From NCBI GenBank assembly GCA_943787795.1, contig CALSNU010000001.1, forward strand, positions 960,001 through 1,024,000: DNA of 64,000 nucleotides, read 5' to 3'. Source of the stretch: an uncultured bacterium. GTDB taxonomy: Bacteria; Planctomycetota; UBA1135; GCA-002686595. The number at the start of each line of letters is the position of its first letter. Positions within the stretch are counted from its first letter, which is position 1. The translations under genes and the position numbers were made by a program. Below, one piece after another: positions 1 through 9,785 of this stretch. The notes beneath the pieces were generated by a model. The model was not told the origin of the DNA and searched no databases. It was given only the letters and a program-made list of their open reading frames with translations.

Positions 1-1297
1 CGGGCTCGTCAAGGCCTTTGGCCTGGGACTCACGCCGCTGGCGGCCCTGGTTTTCCTCTCCAGCCGACCCGTGGGCCCCACGGTGAGCGGGCCCGACGTG
101 CTGGTGGTGCAGTCCGGCATCGAGCAGGAGATCAAGGCGGCGCGCCGCGACCCGCTCCTGGACCTCTTCGTCCCCCAGGTCACCCGCACGCTGGAGGCGC
201 TCATCGAGACCCGCGTTCCGGGGGAGGCGGGCTTGCCGGATGTGGTCATGTGGGGGGAGACGTTCCTCCCCGGGAAGGTCCACGAGCCGGACGTGCTTCA
301 GGACTTTCGGGCCGGCGTGCGGCCGACGGAGCTCTCCGGTCGGGCCGCGCTTGGCGAGGGGGACCTGGTGCGCCAGAACGAGCTGGCGGAGGACCTCGTC
401 TCCGCCCTGCTGGGAACCGGGCCCGGCCAGCTGCTGACTCCGCCTGTCTGGCGGCAACTCTTCGAGCGCGAGCCGGCGGCCGAGTGGGCGGATCGCGTGG
501 CGCGCGGCGAGCCGCTGCTGCCGCCGGGGACCTCTTTTCTCTCCGGCGTCGAGGGCTGGGCCTCCGTACAGGTCGACGGGGAGCCGGTCCTGCGCAGCGT
601 GAACGGCGTCAAGCTCTGGACCCCCGACGGAGGTTCGACACCCATCGCCAGCAAGGTCCACCTGGTCCCGGGGGGCGAGTCGCCGGACGCGCTCCGTGGG
701 ATCCCCTTTGTCCTCGAGGCGGTCAGGAGGGTGGCCAACGCGGTCCCTGACTTCGTGGCCGGCGAGGAGCCGGGGGTCCTGTTGATCCCCGGGGCGGACG
801 GCCGTGTGCACCGTGCAGGGATCGCGATCTGCTTCGACAACGCCTTCGATGATCCCTTCACAACGCCCCTGCGCCGGGGGCCCGTGGACCTCTTCGTGGT
901 CGTCAGCAACGAGGCCTGGTACAAGGCGAGCCCGGAGATGGACCACATGCTGGCCTTCTCCCGCATCGCGGCAGCGGCGTCGAGGCGCTCGATTGTTCGC
1001 GCGACCAACTCCGGGATCTCCGCCGTGATCGGGCCCGACGGGAGGATTCTCGGGGAGGTCCGCGGCGAGGGCGGCCGGCGCAAGATGGTCTCCGGTGCCC
1101 TGCGAGCGAGGGTTCCCGTGCCGGATCGGCGAGCGGGCGCGGGGGCCGGCGGGGAGGCCACCTTCTTTGCCCGGACTGAGCCGGTCCAGCCTTGGGCGTG
1201 GGGGGGGGGCGCGGCGCTGATCCTGCTCTTCGCCCTGGTTCGTCGGCGGTTCGGGCAGTCAGGGCCTGGGGAGGCGCACCCGGCGCCGGGCTCATGA
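1..1297 (+). CDS. lnt: Apolipoprotein N-acyltransferase, C-terminal nitrilase domain (5' partial)
   Basis: Triad motifs WGET, SKVHLVPGGE, ICFD, plus SNEAWY and RATNSGISAVIGPDG; C-terminal TM helix; frame is open back to the window start. Confidence 0.9.
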   Translation, partial: GLVKAFGLGLTPLAALVFLSSRPVGPTVSGPDVLVVQSGIEQEIKAARRDPLLDLFVPQVTRTLEALIETRVPGEAGLPDVVMWGETFLPGKVHEPDVLQDFRAGVRPTELSGRAALGEGDLVRQNELAEDLVSALLGTGPGQLLTPPVWRQLFEREPAAEWADRVARGEPLLPPGTSFLSGVEGWASVQVDGEPVLRSVNGVKLWTPDGGSTPIASKVHLVPGGESPDALRGIPFVLEAVRRVANAVPDFVAGEEPGVLLIPGADGRVHRAGIAICFDNAFDDPFTTPLRRGPVDLFVVVSNEAWYKASPEMDHMLAFSRIAAAASRRSIVRATNSGISAVIGPDGRILGEVRGEGGRRKMVSGALRARVPVPDRRAGAGAGGEATFFARTEPVQPWAWGGGAALILLFALVRRRFGQSGPGEAHPAPGS

Positions 1298-1436
1298 GCC
1301 GATTCGGGCGGCTTTTGGGGGTAACCGGGAGCCGGCTCCCACTTATCCCCCTCACCGCGCCGCGACACCAGGCCCGAGGCTGGGTTCCCAGGGAGGCGGT
1401 TCCGTCGAAGACACGCGCTCTCCTGCGAGCCACTCC

Positions 1437-1466
1437 TTGACCCTTCGGCGCGGTGGCCTCTACACT
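1437..1466 (+). promoter_or_regulatory. Candidate sigma70-type promoter
   Basis: TTGACC-N18-TACACT in the intergenic region upstream of the ORF at 1702. Confidence 0.4.
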
Positions 1467-1701
1467 TCCCCCGTCGCTGCGAGCCCACGACCTTCCCGGG
1501 CACTCGGTCGACAATCTTTCGCACCCCCAGTTCCATCCGGCGTTTGCCGCGGCCCCTGCCGCGACCCGCGAACACCGTTCCCCCCAGGGTTCCTGGGTTC
1601 AGCGCCACAGGCGTTGTCTCCCAGGGCACATCCGCCCCGGGCGTCCCCGCGACGCCTTGACCACCGAGAACTCAAAGAGTTCCCCTCCACGAGCCAACGT
1701 C

Positions 1702-2550
1702 ATGAGCCCGATCGGACGGACCTTCGTCGCCATCAACTTCGCCCTCTCCGCCGCCTTCCTCGGCTTCGCGTCCAACAACCTCTCCACGGCGCAGAAGTAC
1801 CGCGGGCAGTTTGAAGACGTGACCGCCGAGCTCGCGTCGTCCAAGACCTCGATGCAGGCTGAGATCGATCAGATCACCGCTGATCGCAACGCCGCCAACG
1901 ACCTGCGCAACAACATTCGCAGCGAGAAGGACGCTCTCGAGGAGAAGAACACTGCCCTCAAGCTGAACCTGGCGACCGCCACGGACGAGCTCAACGAGCT
2001 CAAGTCCGACATGGGGAACATCAGCTCGTCGATTGGCGATCTCTCCTCCAGCCTCGACGACATGAAGAGCCAGGTCGCTCAGGCCAACGAGGCCCGCGCC
2101 GAGGCGATCAACGCCCGTCGCGACGCTGAGAACGCCCGCGACGCCGCTGTCGCAGCCAAGGAGAAGGCCGACGATCGCTCGAACGGGCTGTCTGCGGACC
2201 TCGCTCAGGCCGAACGCGACCTGACCGCGACCCGCGGCGATCTCGAGGACGCCAACACGACGATCGCCATGGTCGTCGAGGCCACGAACTACGACCTCAC
2301 GCGCGGCGTGGGCGCCCCGCAGATCGACGGAGCGGTGCTGCAGTACCGCGCCGACCAGAAGCTGGTCCACATCAACCGCGGCACGAACAACAAGGTCAAG
2401 CGCGGCCACATCTTCGACATCTACAGCGGCGACACCTACAAGGGTCAAGCCCGTGTCGAGGTCGTCAACCCGGACACTTGCACCGCCGTCCTCGTGGCCA
2501 CCACCGGCTCCGCGATCGCGCAGGGAGACCTCGTCTCCACGCAGATCTGA
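1702..2550 (+). CDS. Membrane-anchored coiled-coil protein with C-terminal beta-barrel (FlgT-C/MreC-like), 282 aa
   Basis: N-terminal hydrophobic helix FVAINFALSAAFLGF, long charged heptad region, terminal LVHINRGTNNKVKRGHIFDIY..KGQARVEVV; strong codon bias from ATG 1702. Confidence 0.75.
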   Translation: MSPIGRTFVAINFALSAAFLGFASNNLSTAQKYRGQFEDVTAELASSKTSMQAEIDQITADRNAANDLRNNIRSEKDALEEKNTALKLNLATATDELNELKSDMGNISSSIGDLSSSLDDMKSQVAQANEARAEAINARRDAENARDAAVAAKEKADDRSNGLSADLAQAERDLTATRGDLEDANTTIAMVVEATNYDLTRGVGAPQIDGAVLQYRADQKLVHINRGTNNKVKRGHIFDIYSGDTYKGQARVEVVNPDTCTAVLVATTGSAIAQGDLVSTQI

Positions 2551-2589
2551 GTTCCCCCCTCTTCTTTCGAACCCAACAGGGAGAACCAC

Positions 2590-2829
2590 ATGGCACGTTC
2601 CAAGAGCCGTTCCGGGTCCAGCCGGCGTAGCGCATCCTCCGAGGTCGCCGAGGTCGAGATCGTCTCCGAGGAGTCCGGTCTGGGCTTCGAGGTGGCACTC
2701 GCCATCATCACCACCGTCGTCCTCCTCGCAGCGGTCATCATGATCGACTACGACCGAGGGGCGAACTACGGAGAGGGCATGCTCTTCAAGGGCAAGTACG
2801 CGGAAAACGCCGCGTCCGCCACGGAGTGA
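2590..2829 (+). CDS. Small single-pass membrane protein
   Basis: AGGGAG RBS upstream, one hydrophobic segment, coding-like codon usage. Confidence 0.7.
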   Translation: MARSKSRSGSSRRSASSEVAEVEIVSEESGLGFEVALAIITTVVLLAAVIMIDYDRGANYGEGMLFKGKYAENAASATE

Positions 2830-2873
2830 GCAGGCCGCGGCTTGCCTCCCCAGGCGGCCGCTACAGATCGAAT

Positions 2874-2907
2874 GCGAGCCCGCAGCGCCCCGGCGCTGCG
2901 GGCTCGC
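2874..2907 (+). terminator. Perfect 15-bp stem-loop, probable terminator
   Basis: GCGAGCCCGCAGCGC-CCCG-GCGCTGCGGGCTCGC about 45 nt after the stop; only a weak U-tract. Confidence 0.6.
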
Positions 2908-3170
2908 TTCATGAAATGTGACCCCGCGCTGCGTTGTTCTTGTTGAACCCGCCCCCTCCGTCCTTCAAACTCCAGCCGGAGTCGCGCCCGCGGTTGAGGG
3001 GCCGCAGCGATTCTCGAACGCCGCACCGTTCGTCACCGCACAGATTTCATGAGGCCGAATCGCATGAGCCAGCTGTCTTCACGACGCTGTGTCCGAGCGG
3101 GTTCTCCGGAGCCCGCCAGCCATAACTTTGTATCCCACGCCGACGGGCTCCTGAGCCCGGGAGCGGAGCG

Positions 3171-4232
3171 ATGAGCCTCTTCAAGCCGATGGAGTGGGCC
3201 TTTGGTCACCTCTCCACTGACATGGGAATCGACCTCGGGACCGCGAACACGCTGGTTTGTACCCGCGGTCGCGGGATCATCCTGAATGAGCCGAGCGTCG
3301 TCGCCGTCAAGAAGGGCACGAACGAGGTCCTGCTCGACGGCATGGCCGTCGGGAACACGGCGAAGGAGATGCTCGGGCGAACCCCTGGCGGCATCCAGGC
3401 CATCCGACCGCTGCGCCACGGGGTCATCGCTGACTTCGACGTGACGGAGAAGATGCTCAAGTACTTCATCACCAAGGTCCACGAGGGCCGGCAGTGGGTG
3501 AAGCCGCAGGTTGTCATCGCGGTCCCGGTCGGCATCACGGCGGTCGAGCGACGGGCGGTGATTCACTCGGCGGAGCGTGCGGGTGCTCGGCGAGTCTTCC
3601 TCATCGACGAGCCCATGGCTGCGGGTATCGGCTGCGACATGCCGGTGACCGAGGCGCGCGGTTCGCTCATCGTCGACATCGGCGGCGGAACGACGGAGAT
3701 CGCGGTGCTCTCCCTCGCCGGCGCCGTGGTCTCCACCTCCCTGCGGATCGCAGGCGACGAGATGGACGAGGCGATCCTCTCCCACCTCCGACGTCATCAC
3801 AACCTGCTCATCGGTGAGCAGTCCGCCGAGCGCATCAAGCTCACCATCGGGTCCGCGTGGCCGATGGAGCAGGAGCTCTCCATGGAGGTCAAGGGCCGGG
3901 ACTCGGTCCAGGGCCTCCCGCGCCGTGCCACGGTCACCTCGATCGAGATTCGCGAGGCGCTCAGCCACCCCGTGCGTCTCATCTGCGAGGCCATCCGCGG
4001 CATCCTCGAGGAGGCGCCTCCCGAGATCAGCGCGGACCTCGTCGACACCGGCATCACGCTGGTCGGCGGCGGCGCGCTGCTCTACGGCATGTCGCAGGCG
4101 ATCTCTGATCACCTCGGGGTCCCCGCCCGCGTGGCGGAGGATCCCCTCACGGCCGTGGCGCGCGGCACCGGGATCTTCCTCGACAAGCTCGACGTCTTCA
4201 GCCGCGTGCTGTCGACGGAAGACGACGACTGA
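3171..4232 (+). CDS. mreB: Rod shape-determining actin homologue MreB
   Basis: GIDLGTANT, NEPSVVA, IRPLRHGVIADF, IVDIGGGTTEIAV, LVGGGALL, EDPLTAVARGTG. Confidence 0.97.
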   Translation: MSLFKPMEWAFGHLSTDMGIDLGTANTLVCTRGRGIILNEPSVVAVKKGTNEVLLDGMAVGNTAKEMLGRTPGGIQAIRPLRHGVIADFDVTEKMLKYFITKVHEGRQWVKPQVVIAVPVGITAVERRAVIHSAERAGARRVFLIDEPMAAGIGCDMPVTEARGSLIVDIGGGTTEIAVLSLAGAVVSTSLRIAGDEMDEAILSHLRRHHNLLIGEQSAERIKLTIGSAWPMEQELSMEVKGRDSVQGLPRRATVTSIEIREALSHPVRLICEAIRGILEEAPPEISADLVDTGITLVGGGALLYGMSQAISDHLGVPARVAEDPLTAVARGTGIFLDKLDVFSRVLSTEDDD

Positions 4233-4348
4233 CCCACTCGTCCCGTCGGGACGCCCAGGCCCTCGTGGGGCCGGGCGGCTCGCACGGGCGCCTGGCGGCG
4301 CATCCTCGCGACGTCACTGATCGAGCAGGTCTGGGGGGACCGAAGCAC

Positions 4349-5890
4349 ATGGCGACGATGCGGACACGAAGGCTTGGCTGGACCATCGCGGCCGGTGCTG
4401 CGCTGGTCTCCCTGCGTCCCGTCGGGCCGTTCGAGCGGGTCGCTGACCTCGCCCTGGTTCCCGCCCGTGTGATCGGCGTCCTCGGAGCCCCCTCGCTCCT
4501 CTGGGCCCGGGGAGACACGGGGGAGGGCGCTGGCGGCTCACCCGACGCCTTGGCCGCCGAACGCGAGCTCTCCGCGCAGCTCGAGCTGGCGATCCTCCGC
4601 TCTGCCGAGCCGACGGAGGTCCCCTGGCCGATCCGCGGCGTGGTGCCGATTCCCGGCGAGGTGGATGTCTCGGAGAAGGTGAACCGCGACCGCATCTCGC
4701 TGCGCGTCTCGGACCCCGGGCCCATCGAGCGCGGACAGGCGGTGGTGGCTGGAGACGTCTTCGTGGGCACCGTGGAGAAGATCCCCGTGCGGGAGCCCTA
4801 CAGGGATCGGCCCGGGCTGCTGGAGAAGATCCTGCGCCGGATGGGGCTCTCCTCGCCGCCGGTACCGCCGCCTCGAGACCTGGTGATCGTGCGAATGATC
4901 ACGGACCCTTCGGCCCGGGTCGGGGCTCGAATCCAGGAGATCGACGGACAGCCCGAGTGCCGCATGGTGGTGGGGGGCCTCGAGCGGCTCGACGATCGCG
5001 TCTGGCTCGCGGTCCATAACCCGGAGAGCCAGAACCGGTTCACCGGCCGGGTCGTCGTCCACGAGGCCGCCGCGGCGGTCGACTCCGCGGACTCCACGGC
5101 CAGCGGCTTCCTGCTCGGTGACCTGCGCCGGGCGACGGTGGCTGCCACCGAGCGCACCCCCCGGCGTCAGGTCATGGGCGTGGACCCGTTACTGGACTTC
5201 GAGGCGGGGCTGAACCAGGTGCTGGTCCTCACCGCTGGGCGCGGGCGAGGGACCGTGGACCCGCGTCGTTCGGACATTGTGGGGGTGCTGGAGTCCACCG
5301 GTTGGCGACACGTGGACATGGCGTCCCTCGGGGACCTCTGCCCCTGGCGCTCAACGGGGAGGCTCGACGTCGGGCGCAACGTCGGCGTACGGGCGGGGGC
5401 AGCGGTGGTGGACGGCGTCCGGCTGGTCGGTCGCGTCTCCCGTAGTGATCAGATCGGCGCCACGGTGGCGCTGCTCGATGACCCCGGGTTCCGGGTCACC
5501 GCCCTCGCGCAGCCTGCAGGCGACCCCGGGGCGACGCCCCTGGTGCTCGGGGAGCTCGTGTCGTCCGGCTGCAACGGGAGGGGGCAGGTCACGGTTCGCT
5601 GGCGTCCCGCTTCGGGGAGCCGCTACGGCGAGTGGATCGAACGGCACTCGGAGGGCGGCGGCGAGGTCGAGGTCCTGCTCTGGACCGGGTCCGGGATGCG
5701 CCGCGTGCCGCGCGGCCTGCTGCTGGGGCGCACGTCGCTCCAGGCGCCGGGGGAGCCCGGGGGCGAGCTGGTCATGGCGCTCGAGGGCTCGGGTGACCCG
5801 GGAGCCAAGCTCCAGGTCCGGACCGGTAGCTCGAGGCTCGCGCGCCCCGCTTCAGGCAGCGTCATTCACGCGGCGGAGGGGGCACGTTGA
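4349..5890 (+). CDS. mreC: MreC-like protein, 513 aa, with two MreC-type beta modules
   Basis: Directly after mreB; GQAVVAGDVFVGTV..MITDPSARVGA and LDVGRNVGVRAGAAVVDGVRLVGRV..LLDDPGFRVTA; WTGSGMRRVPRGLLLG. Confidence 0.7.
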   Translation: MATMRTRRLGWTIAAGAALVSLRPVGPFERVADLALVPARVIGVLGAPSLLWARGDTGEGAGGSPDALAAERELSAQLELAILRSAEPTEVPWPIRGVVPIPGEVDVSEKVNRDRISLRVSDPGPIERGQAVVAGDVFVGTVEKIPVREPYRDRPGLLEKILRRMGLSSPPVPPPRDLVIVRMITDPSARVGARIQEIDGQPECRMVVGGLERLDDRVWLAVHNPESQNRFTGRVVVHEAAAAVDSADSTASGFLLGDLRRATVAATERTPRRQVMGVDPLLDFEAGLNQVLVLTAGRGRGTVDPRRSDIVGVLESTGWRHVDMASLGDLCPWRSTGRLDVGRNVGVRAGAAVVDGVRLVGRVSRSDQIGATVALLDDPGFRVTALAQPAGDPGATPLVLGELVSSGCNGRGQVTVRWRPASGSRYGEWIERHSEGGGEVEVLLWTGSGMRRVPRGLLLGRTSLQAPGEPGGELVMALEGSGDPGAKLQVRTGSSRLARPASGSVIHAAEGAR

Positions 5891-6453
5891 AGCGGTTCAC
5901 CTCGCTGGGGGTCTTCTTCCTCTGGGTCTCGGTCGCCGGGGCCTTGCAGCTCCTGCTGACGAGCGGAGCGAGCGGGCCCGGCGAGGATGGCCCCGCCCTT
6001 GGGCGGGCCTGCGTCCCCGACCTGATGACGCTGGTCCTCGTGGCCGCCGTGGGGCGCCTCGACCGTCGCGACGTGGTCACCCTGGCCCTCGTCACGGCCG
6101 CGGCCAGGGCGGCCTACACAGCGGCGCCACCCTTCGCCGTCGTGTCCGGTTGCCTCGTCGCGGCGCTGATCGCTGACACGCTCCGGCGCTTCGCTGACCT
6201 GGACCGTGCATGGCTCCGATCCTGCGCAGCGGGGTCGGGCGCCCTCGCCATCGGGACCTGGCTCCTGGTGGTGGACCTGGTCCGCGGGAGCCAGGCCCGG
6301 GTCACCGGCGGCCTGAGCTTCGGCCAGGCCAGCGACCGGGACTTCGCGCTCGTCGTGCTGACGGCCACGGTCACCGCGCTGGTGGCGCCCCTGGTCTGGC
6401 CGGCTCTCCACCGCCTTCCGGGTCTACGCCGGCTCGAGAGGAGGGCCTTCTGA
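5887..6453 (+). CDS. mreD: MreD-like integral membrane protein
   Basis: About five TM segments, PDL motif, between mreC and mrdA, overlapping start/stop codons. Confidence 0.65.
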   Translation: MKRFTSLGVFFLWVSVAGALQLLLTSGASGPGEDGPALGRACVPDLMTLVLVAAVGRLDRRDVVTLALVTAAARAAYTAAPPFAVVSGCLVAALIADTLRRFADLDRAWLRSCAAGSGALAIGTWLLVVDLVRGSQARVTGGLSFGQASDRDFALVVLTATVTALVAPLVWPALHRLPGLRRLERRAF

Positions 6454-9400
6454 TGCTCAGGCGCTTCCTGCCCCTGCTCGCGCTGCTGGTCCTCTCGATC
6501 GCGACGCTCCTCGCCCGGCTCTGGGATGTCCAGGTGGTCCAGCACGACGTCTGGGCGACCGAGGCGGCCAACATCGTGCGCTCCTACGGGATCGAGCCCT
6601 ACCGGCGGGGAGCGATCCTGGATCGCAACGGCGAGGTCATCGTCCAGGACGAGAAGCGATACGTGCTGGAGTTCATCTGGCGCGACTTCCGCCGCAGCCA
6701 CCCCCTCGGCCAGCTCGCCATGCTGCGCTCCCTCGCGATGGCGCGCCCCGTCGGGCTGGACGAGGCGCGCCGAAGCCCGGTCCGGGCAGCGCGGGCCTAC
6801 ACCCTGCTCTCGCCCGAAGACCTGCTGCGCTTCGCGCGCGGCGGAAAGCTCGAGGCGGACCTCGACTATGTCCCGGCCCTCGCAGCGGAGACAGAAGAGG
6901 GGCGCAAGGACGAGGCCGGGCGGGCGCGACGGCGCTCCCGGGCGGGCGACATGCGGTTCTACATCCTGAGGCTCCTCGAGCTGTCGCCGCGGGAGGCGAA
7001 GGAGCTGGCGGAGCTCGTGGAGGAGGAAGACTGCGGCGACCTCTCCTACGTGCAGCTCGCGGGGCTCATCAAGGATGAGTCCACGGACGACATTCTCCGG
7101 CGGCTCGAGCGTGACGTGAGGGTGCGCGACGAGCAGCTCACGCGCCTCGCGCAGCTGATCCAGTGGGAGTCCTCGGATGGACTGGTGGACGACGGTGACC
7201 GCCTCGTGGCGCTCATCGAGGAGCGGCGCCGCGCGGTGGATGATGAGACCGCGGACGCGCTCTTCCGGATCGCGCTCGGATTCTCTCCCGTGCGCTTGAA
7301 CGAGACCAACCTCGCCGCGATCGATCTCTCCTGGCTGCTCTCTGCCCTGGACTGGGATCGGACCCGGTTGGAGGAGTGGCGGCGTTCCAGGGGCACGGCC
7401 TTCGTCAACTCCACCCGGGCTGGCTTTGTCATCGCGCGTTCCAAGCCGTTCCTGGGAGCAGCCCGCGAGCCAGGTGACCAGGCCGCAGGGGATCGTTTCG
7501 TCTCTGCGCTGGCCCACTCGTTCCGGGCGGATCCGGACGGCTGGGAGGCGCGCCATCCGATGCCGGAGGATTGGCGAGACGTCGACCGTTTCCAGGTGCT
7601 TGACGGGCTCTCGGGCCGCCTCGCTGGCGCGCCGATCGACGAGACCGAGGCCCAGCAGGGGATCTTCAGCTTCCAGGACGGTGGGCTCAGGGAGCTCGAC
7701 ACCCGGGACGAAGCCCTGCTCTTGTCGCTGCTGGGGGACTCACTCGGCAGCGTCCGCTCCGCGGGGACTTCCGCTGGGCTCGCGAGCGAGCTGGTCGCGC
7801 TGGCAAGGAACGCTCGGGGAGAGTGGCAGGCCGATGACGCGGAGCTCGTGGAGGACCTGCTCGGGCTGATGCACGTCAGGTTCCAGCGCCGCATCGCCGA
7901 GGTGTTCGCGCGCTCTGCGGGCGGGGCCCTCGAGCCGGGGTCGGTTCGGGTCGCCGCGCCGTGGATCGAGCGGGCGCTCGAGACCCGGCGCTACGTGGTC
8001 CGTGACCGCGGGGCGCGTCCCAAGAAGGTGGGTCAGGACCCCAGCATCGACCTGGTCCTGCTGGTCACGCGCTACAGGGAGGAGTTCGCGGGGTTCCGCG
8101 CTCGGGCTCAGACCTCGCGGGTCGCGGTGGCGACCACGGTGGACAGTGAGCTACCGGTGGCCTCCAAGCTGATCGGCAAGGTGCGCAGCCCCTTCCTCGT
8201 GGATGTCCTCCAGCAGCGAGCCAAGGCGGAGCGGCTGATTGACCTCCAGCGCAAGCGGCGGCTGCCGGAGGAGGACGCCGCGGAGATCCTCGCGCTGGTG
8301 GACGCCACGAGGCGCGCCGGGGAGACGGTCGGGGGCAGCGGTCTCGAGGCCTGGCTGGACCGGGAGCTCTCCGGGAAGTCTGGATACCACGAGGTTCAGG
8401 GGCTCCAGGACCGAGTCGAGGGCAACCGCACGCCGATCTACCGCGGTGCGCTGGACGGGCTGGACGTGAAGCTGACGCTCGACGTTGACCTCCAGCGAGC
8501 CGCGGAGGCGACGCTCCTCGATCCCGGGCCGTTCCCGCCAGAGGGGCTCCGACGCTTGGACAATACGCTGGACCGCAAGTACGACCAGCGCTGGTTGGAA
8601 TCACCGGTCGGGGCCATCGTGCTCGCGTCCGTGAACGGAGACGTTCTCGCGGCGGCCTCGGTCCCGGTCGTCCCGGTCGACGAGGAGCACCTCTCTGCTC
8701 AGGCCCTCCGGTGGCTGGGGTTCACAGATCGGGAGGCTCTGACGGCGCCGGATCGGACGCTCACGCGTCCCAAGGCCCAGGCGCCGGGTTCGGTGGTCAA
8801 GCCGCTGCTGGCGGCGTACGCGCTTGAGCACCTCGGCCTCGACCCGAACGAGGTCCTCCAGGCCTGCCACGTCGACCTGCCGCGCGCGGGGACCCGCCCG
8901 AAGGAGAGCGGTTCCCCGGGCTACGGTCAGGTCAATTGCAGCGCCCCCTATGGGCACGGGGAGGTTGACCTCCCTGAGGCGCTGATGAAGTCGTGCAACG
9001 TCTACTTCGCGGCGCTCGGCGAGCGGGTCTACATGCCGGGGTCCATGCGAGCGGCGTACCGGAGTTTTGGATTTGGTGAGCCCACAGGCGTTCGCTTCGA
9101 TGACAACGGGAGCCGCAGCGGGCTGGTGGATAGCTACCGCATGGACCCGAGCGGTCCCATGGGCGACGACGCCCCCGTGGACCGAATCCACGCGGTCGTA
9201 CGCCAGTTCCTCGGCAACGGGCTGACCCATGTGGACGCCAGCGTGATGCAGGTCGCGCGGGCCTACGCGGGCCTCGCGACGGGGTCGCTCCCCCGCATGC
9301 GGCTCGTGCAGCAAGTCGGAGAGAAGGAGTTGCCCGCCGAGGGCCTGGACCTCGGCATCGGCCCCGAGCACCTCACGATCGTCCATGACGCCCTGGAGAC

Positions 9401-9785
9401 CGTGGTCGGCCGCCTCGGGTCTGCGAAGGATGCCGGACTGACGGCCTCCGGCCTTGGCTTTCGGCTCGCCGCCAAGACAGGGAGCGCGGACTACCGCACT
9501 GGGCACGTCCCGCCCCCGAATGAACCCGACGCCCCGCTCGAAGCCTACGACGAGGATGGAGTTCGAAAGCACACTTGGCTCGCGGGCTGGTTCCCTGCGG
9601 AGGAGCCGCGCTTTGTCATCACCGTCTACGTGCACGATACGAGCGCGACGGCGAGCCACTCCGCGGCCTATGTCGCACGGAAGTTCCTTCGCTCCGAGGC
9701 GGTGCAGGACCTGATGGAGGCGACCTTTCCTCCGGCGGTTGGGACAGCGGTCGATGCGAGCGCTGAGCGGGAGGAGGGACGATGA
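6453..9785 (+). CDS. mrdA: Class B penicillin-binding protein (PBP2-like), 1110 aa
   Basis: N-terminal TM, RGAILDRNG, GGSGLEAWLDRELSG, LTLDVDLQ; SVVK, SCN, KTG motifs; ATG overlaps the mreD stop. Confidence 0.88.
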   Translation: MLRRFLPLLALLVLSIATLLARLWDVQVVQHDVWATEAANIVRSYGIEPYRRGAILDRNGEVIVQDEKRYVLEFIWRDFRRSHPLGQLAMLRSLAMARPVGLDEARRSPVRAARAYTLLSPEDLLRFARGGKLEADLDYVPALAAETEEGRKDEAGRARRRSRAGDMRFYILRLLELSPREAKELAELVEEEDCGDLSYVQLAGLIKDESTDDILRRLERDVRVRDEQLTRLAQLIQWESSDGLVDDGDRLVALIEERRRAVDDETADALFRIALGFSPVRLNETNLAAIDLSWLLSALDWDRTRLEEWRRSRGTAFVNSTRAGFVIARSKPFLGAAREPGDQAAGDRFVSALAHSFRADPDGWEARHPMPEDWRDVDRFQVLDGLSGRLAGAPIDETEAQQGIFSFQDGGLRELDTRDEALLLSLLGDSLGSVRSAGTSAGLASELVALARNARGEWQADDAELVEDLLGLMHVRFQRRIAEVFARSAGGALEPGSVRVAAPWIERALETRRYVVRDRGARPKKVGQDPSIDLVLLVTRYREEFAGFRARAQTSRVAVATTVDSELPVASKLIGKVRSPFLVDVLQQRAKAERLIDLQRKRRLPEEDAAEILALVDATRRAGETVGGSGLEAWLDRELSGKSGYHEVQGLQDRVEGNRTPIYRGALDGLDVKLTLDVDLQRAAEATLLDPGPFPPEGLRRLDNTLDRKYDQRWLESPVGAIVLASVNGDVLAAASVPVVPVDEEHLSAQALRWLGFTDREALTAPDRTLTRPKAQAPGSVVKPLLAAYALEHLGLDPNEVLQACHVDLPRAGTRPKESGSPGYGQVNCSAPYGHGEVDLPEALMKSCNVYFAALGERVYMPGSMRAAYRSFGFGEPTGVRFDDNGSRSGLVDSYRMDPSGPMGDDAPVDRIHAVVRQFLGNGLTHVDASVMQVARAYAGLATGSLPRMRLVQQVGEKELPAEGLDLGIGPEHLTIVHDALETVVGRLGSAKDAGLTASGLGFRLAAKTGSADYRTGHVPPPNEPDAPLEAYDEDGVRKHTWLAGWFPAEEPRFVITVYVHDTSATASHSAAYVARKFLRSEAVQDLMEATFPPAVGTAVDASAEREEGR

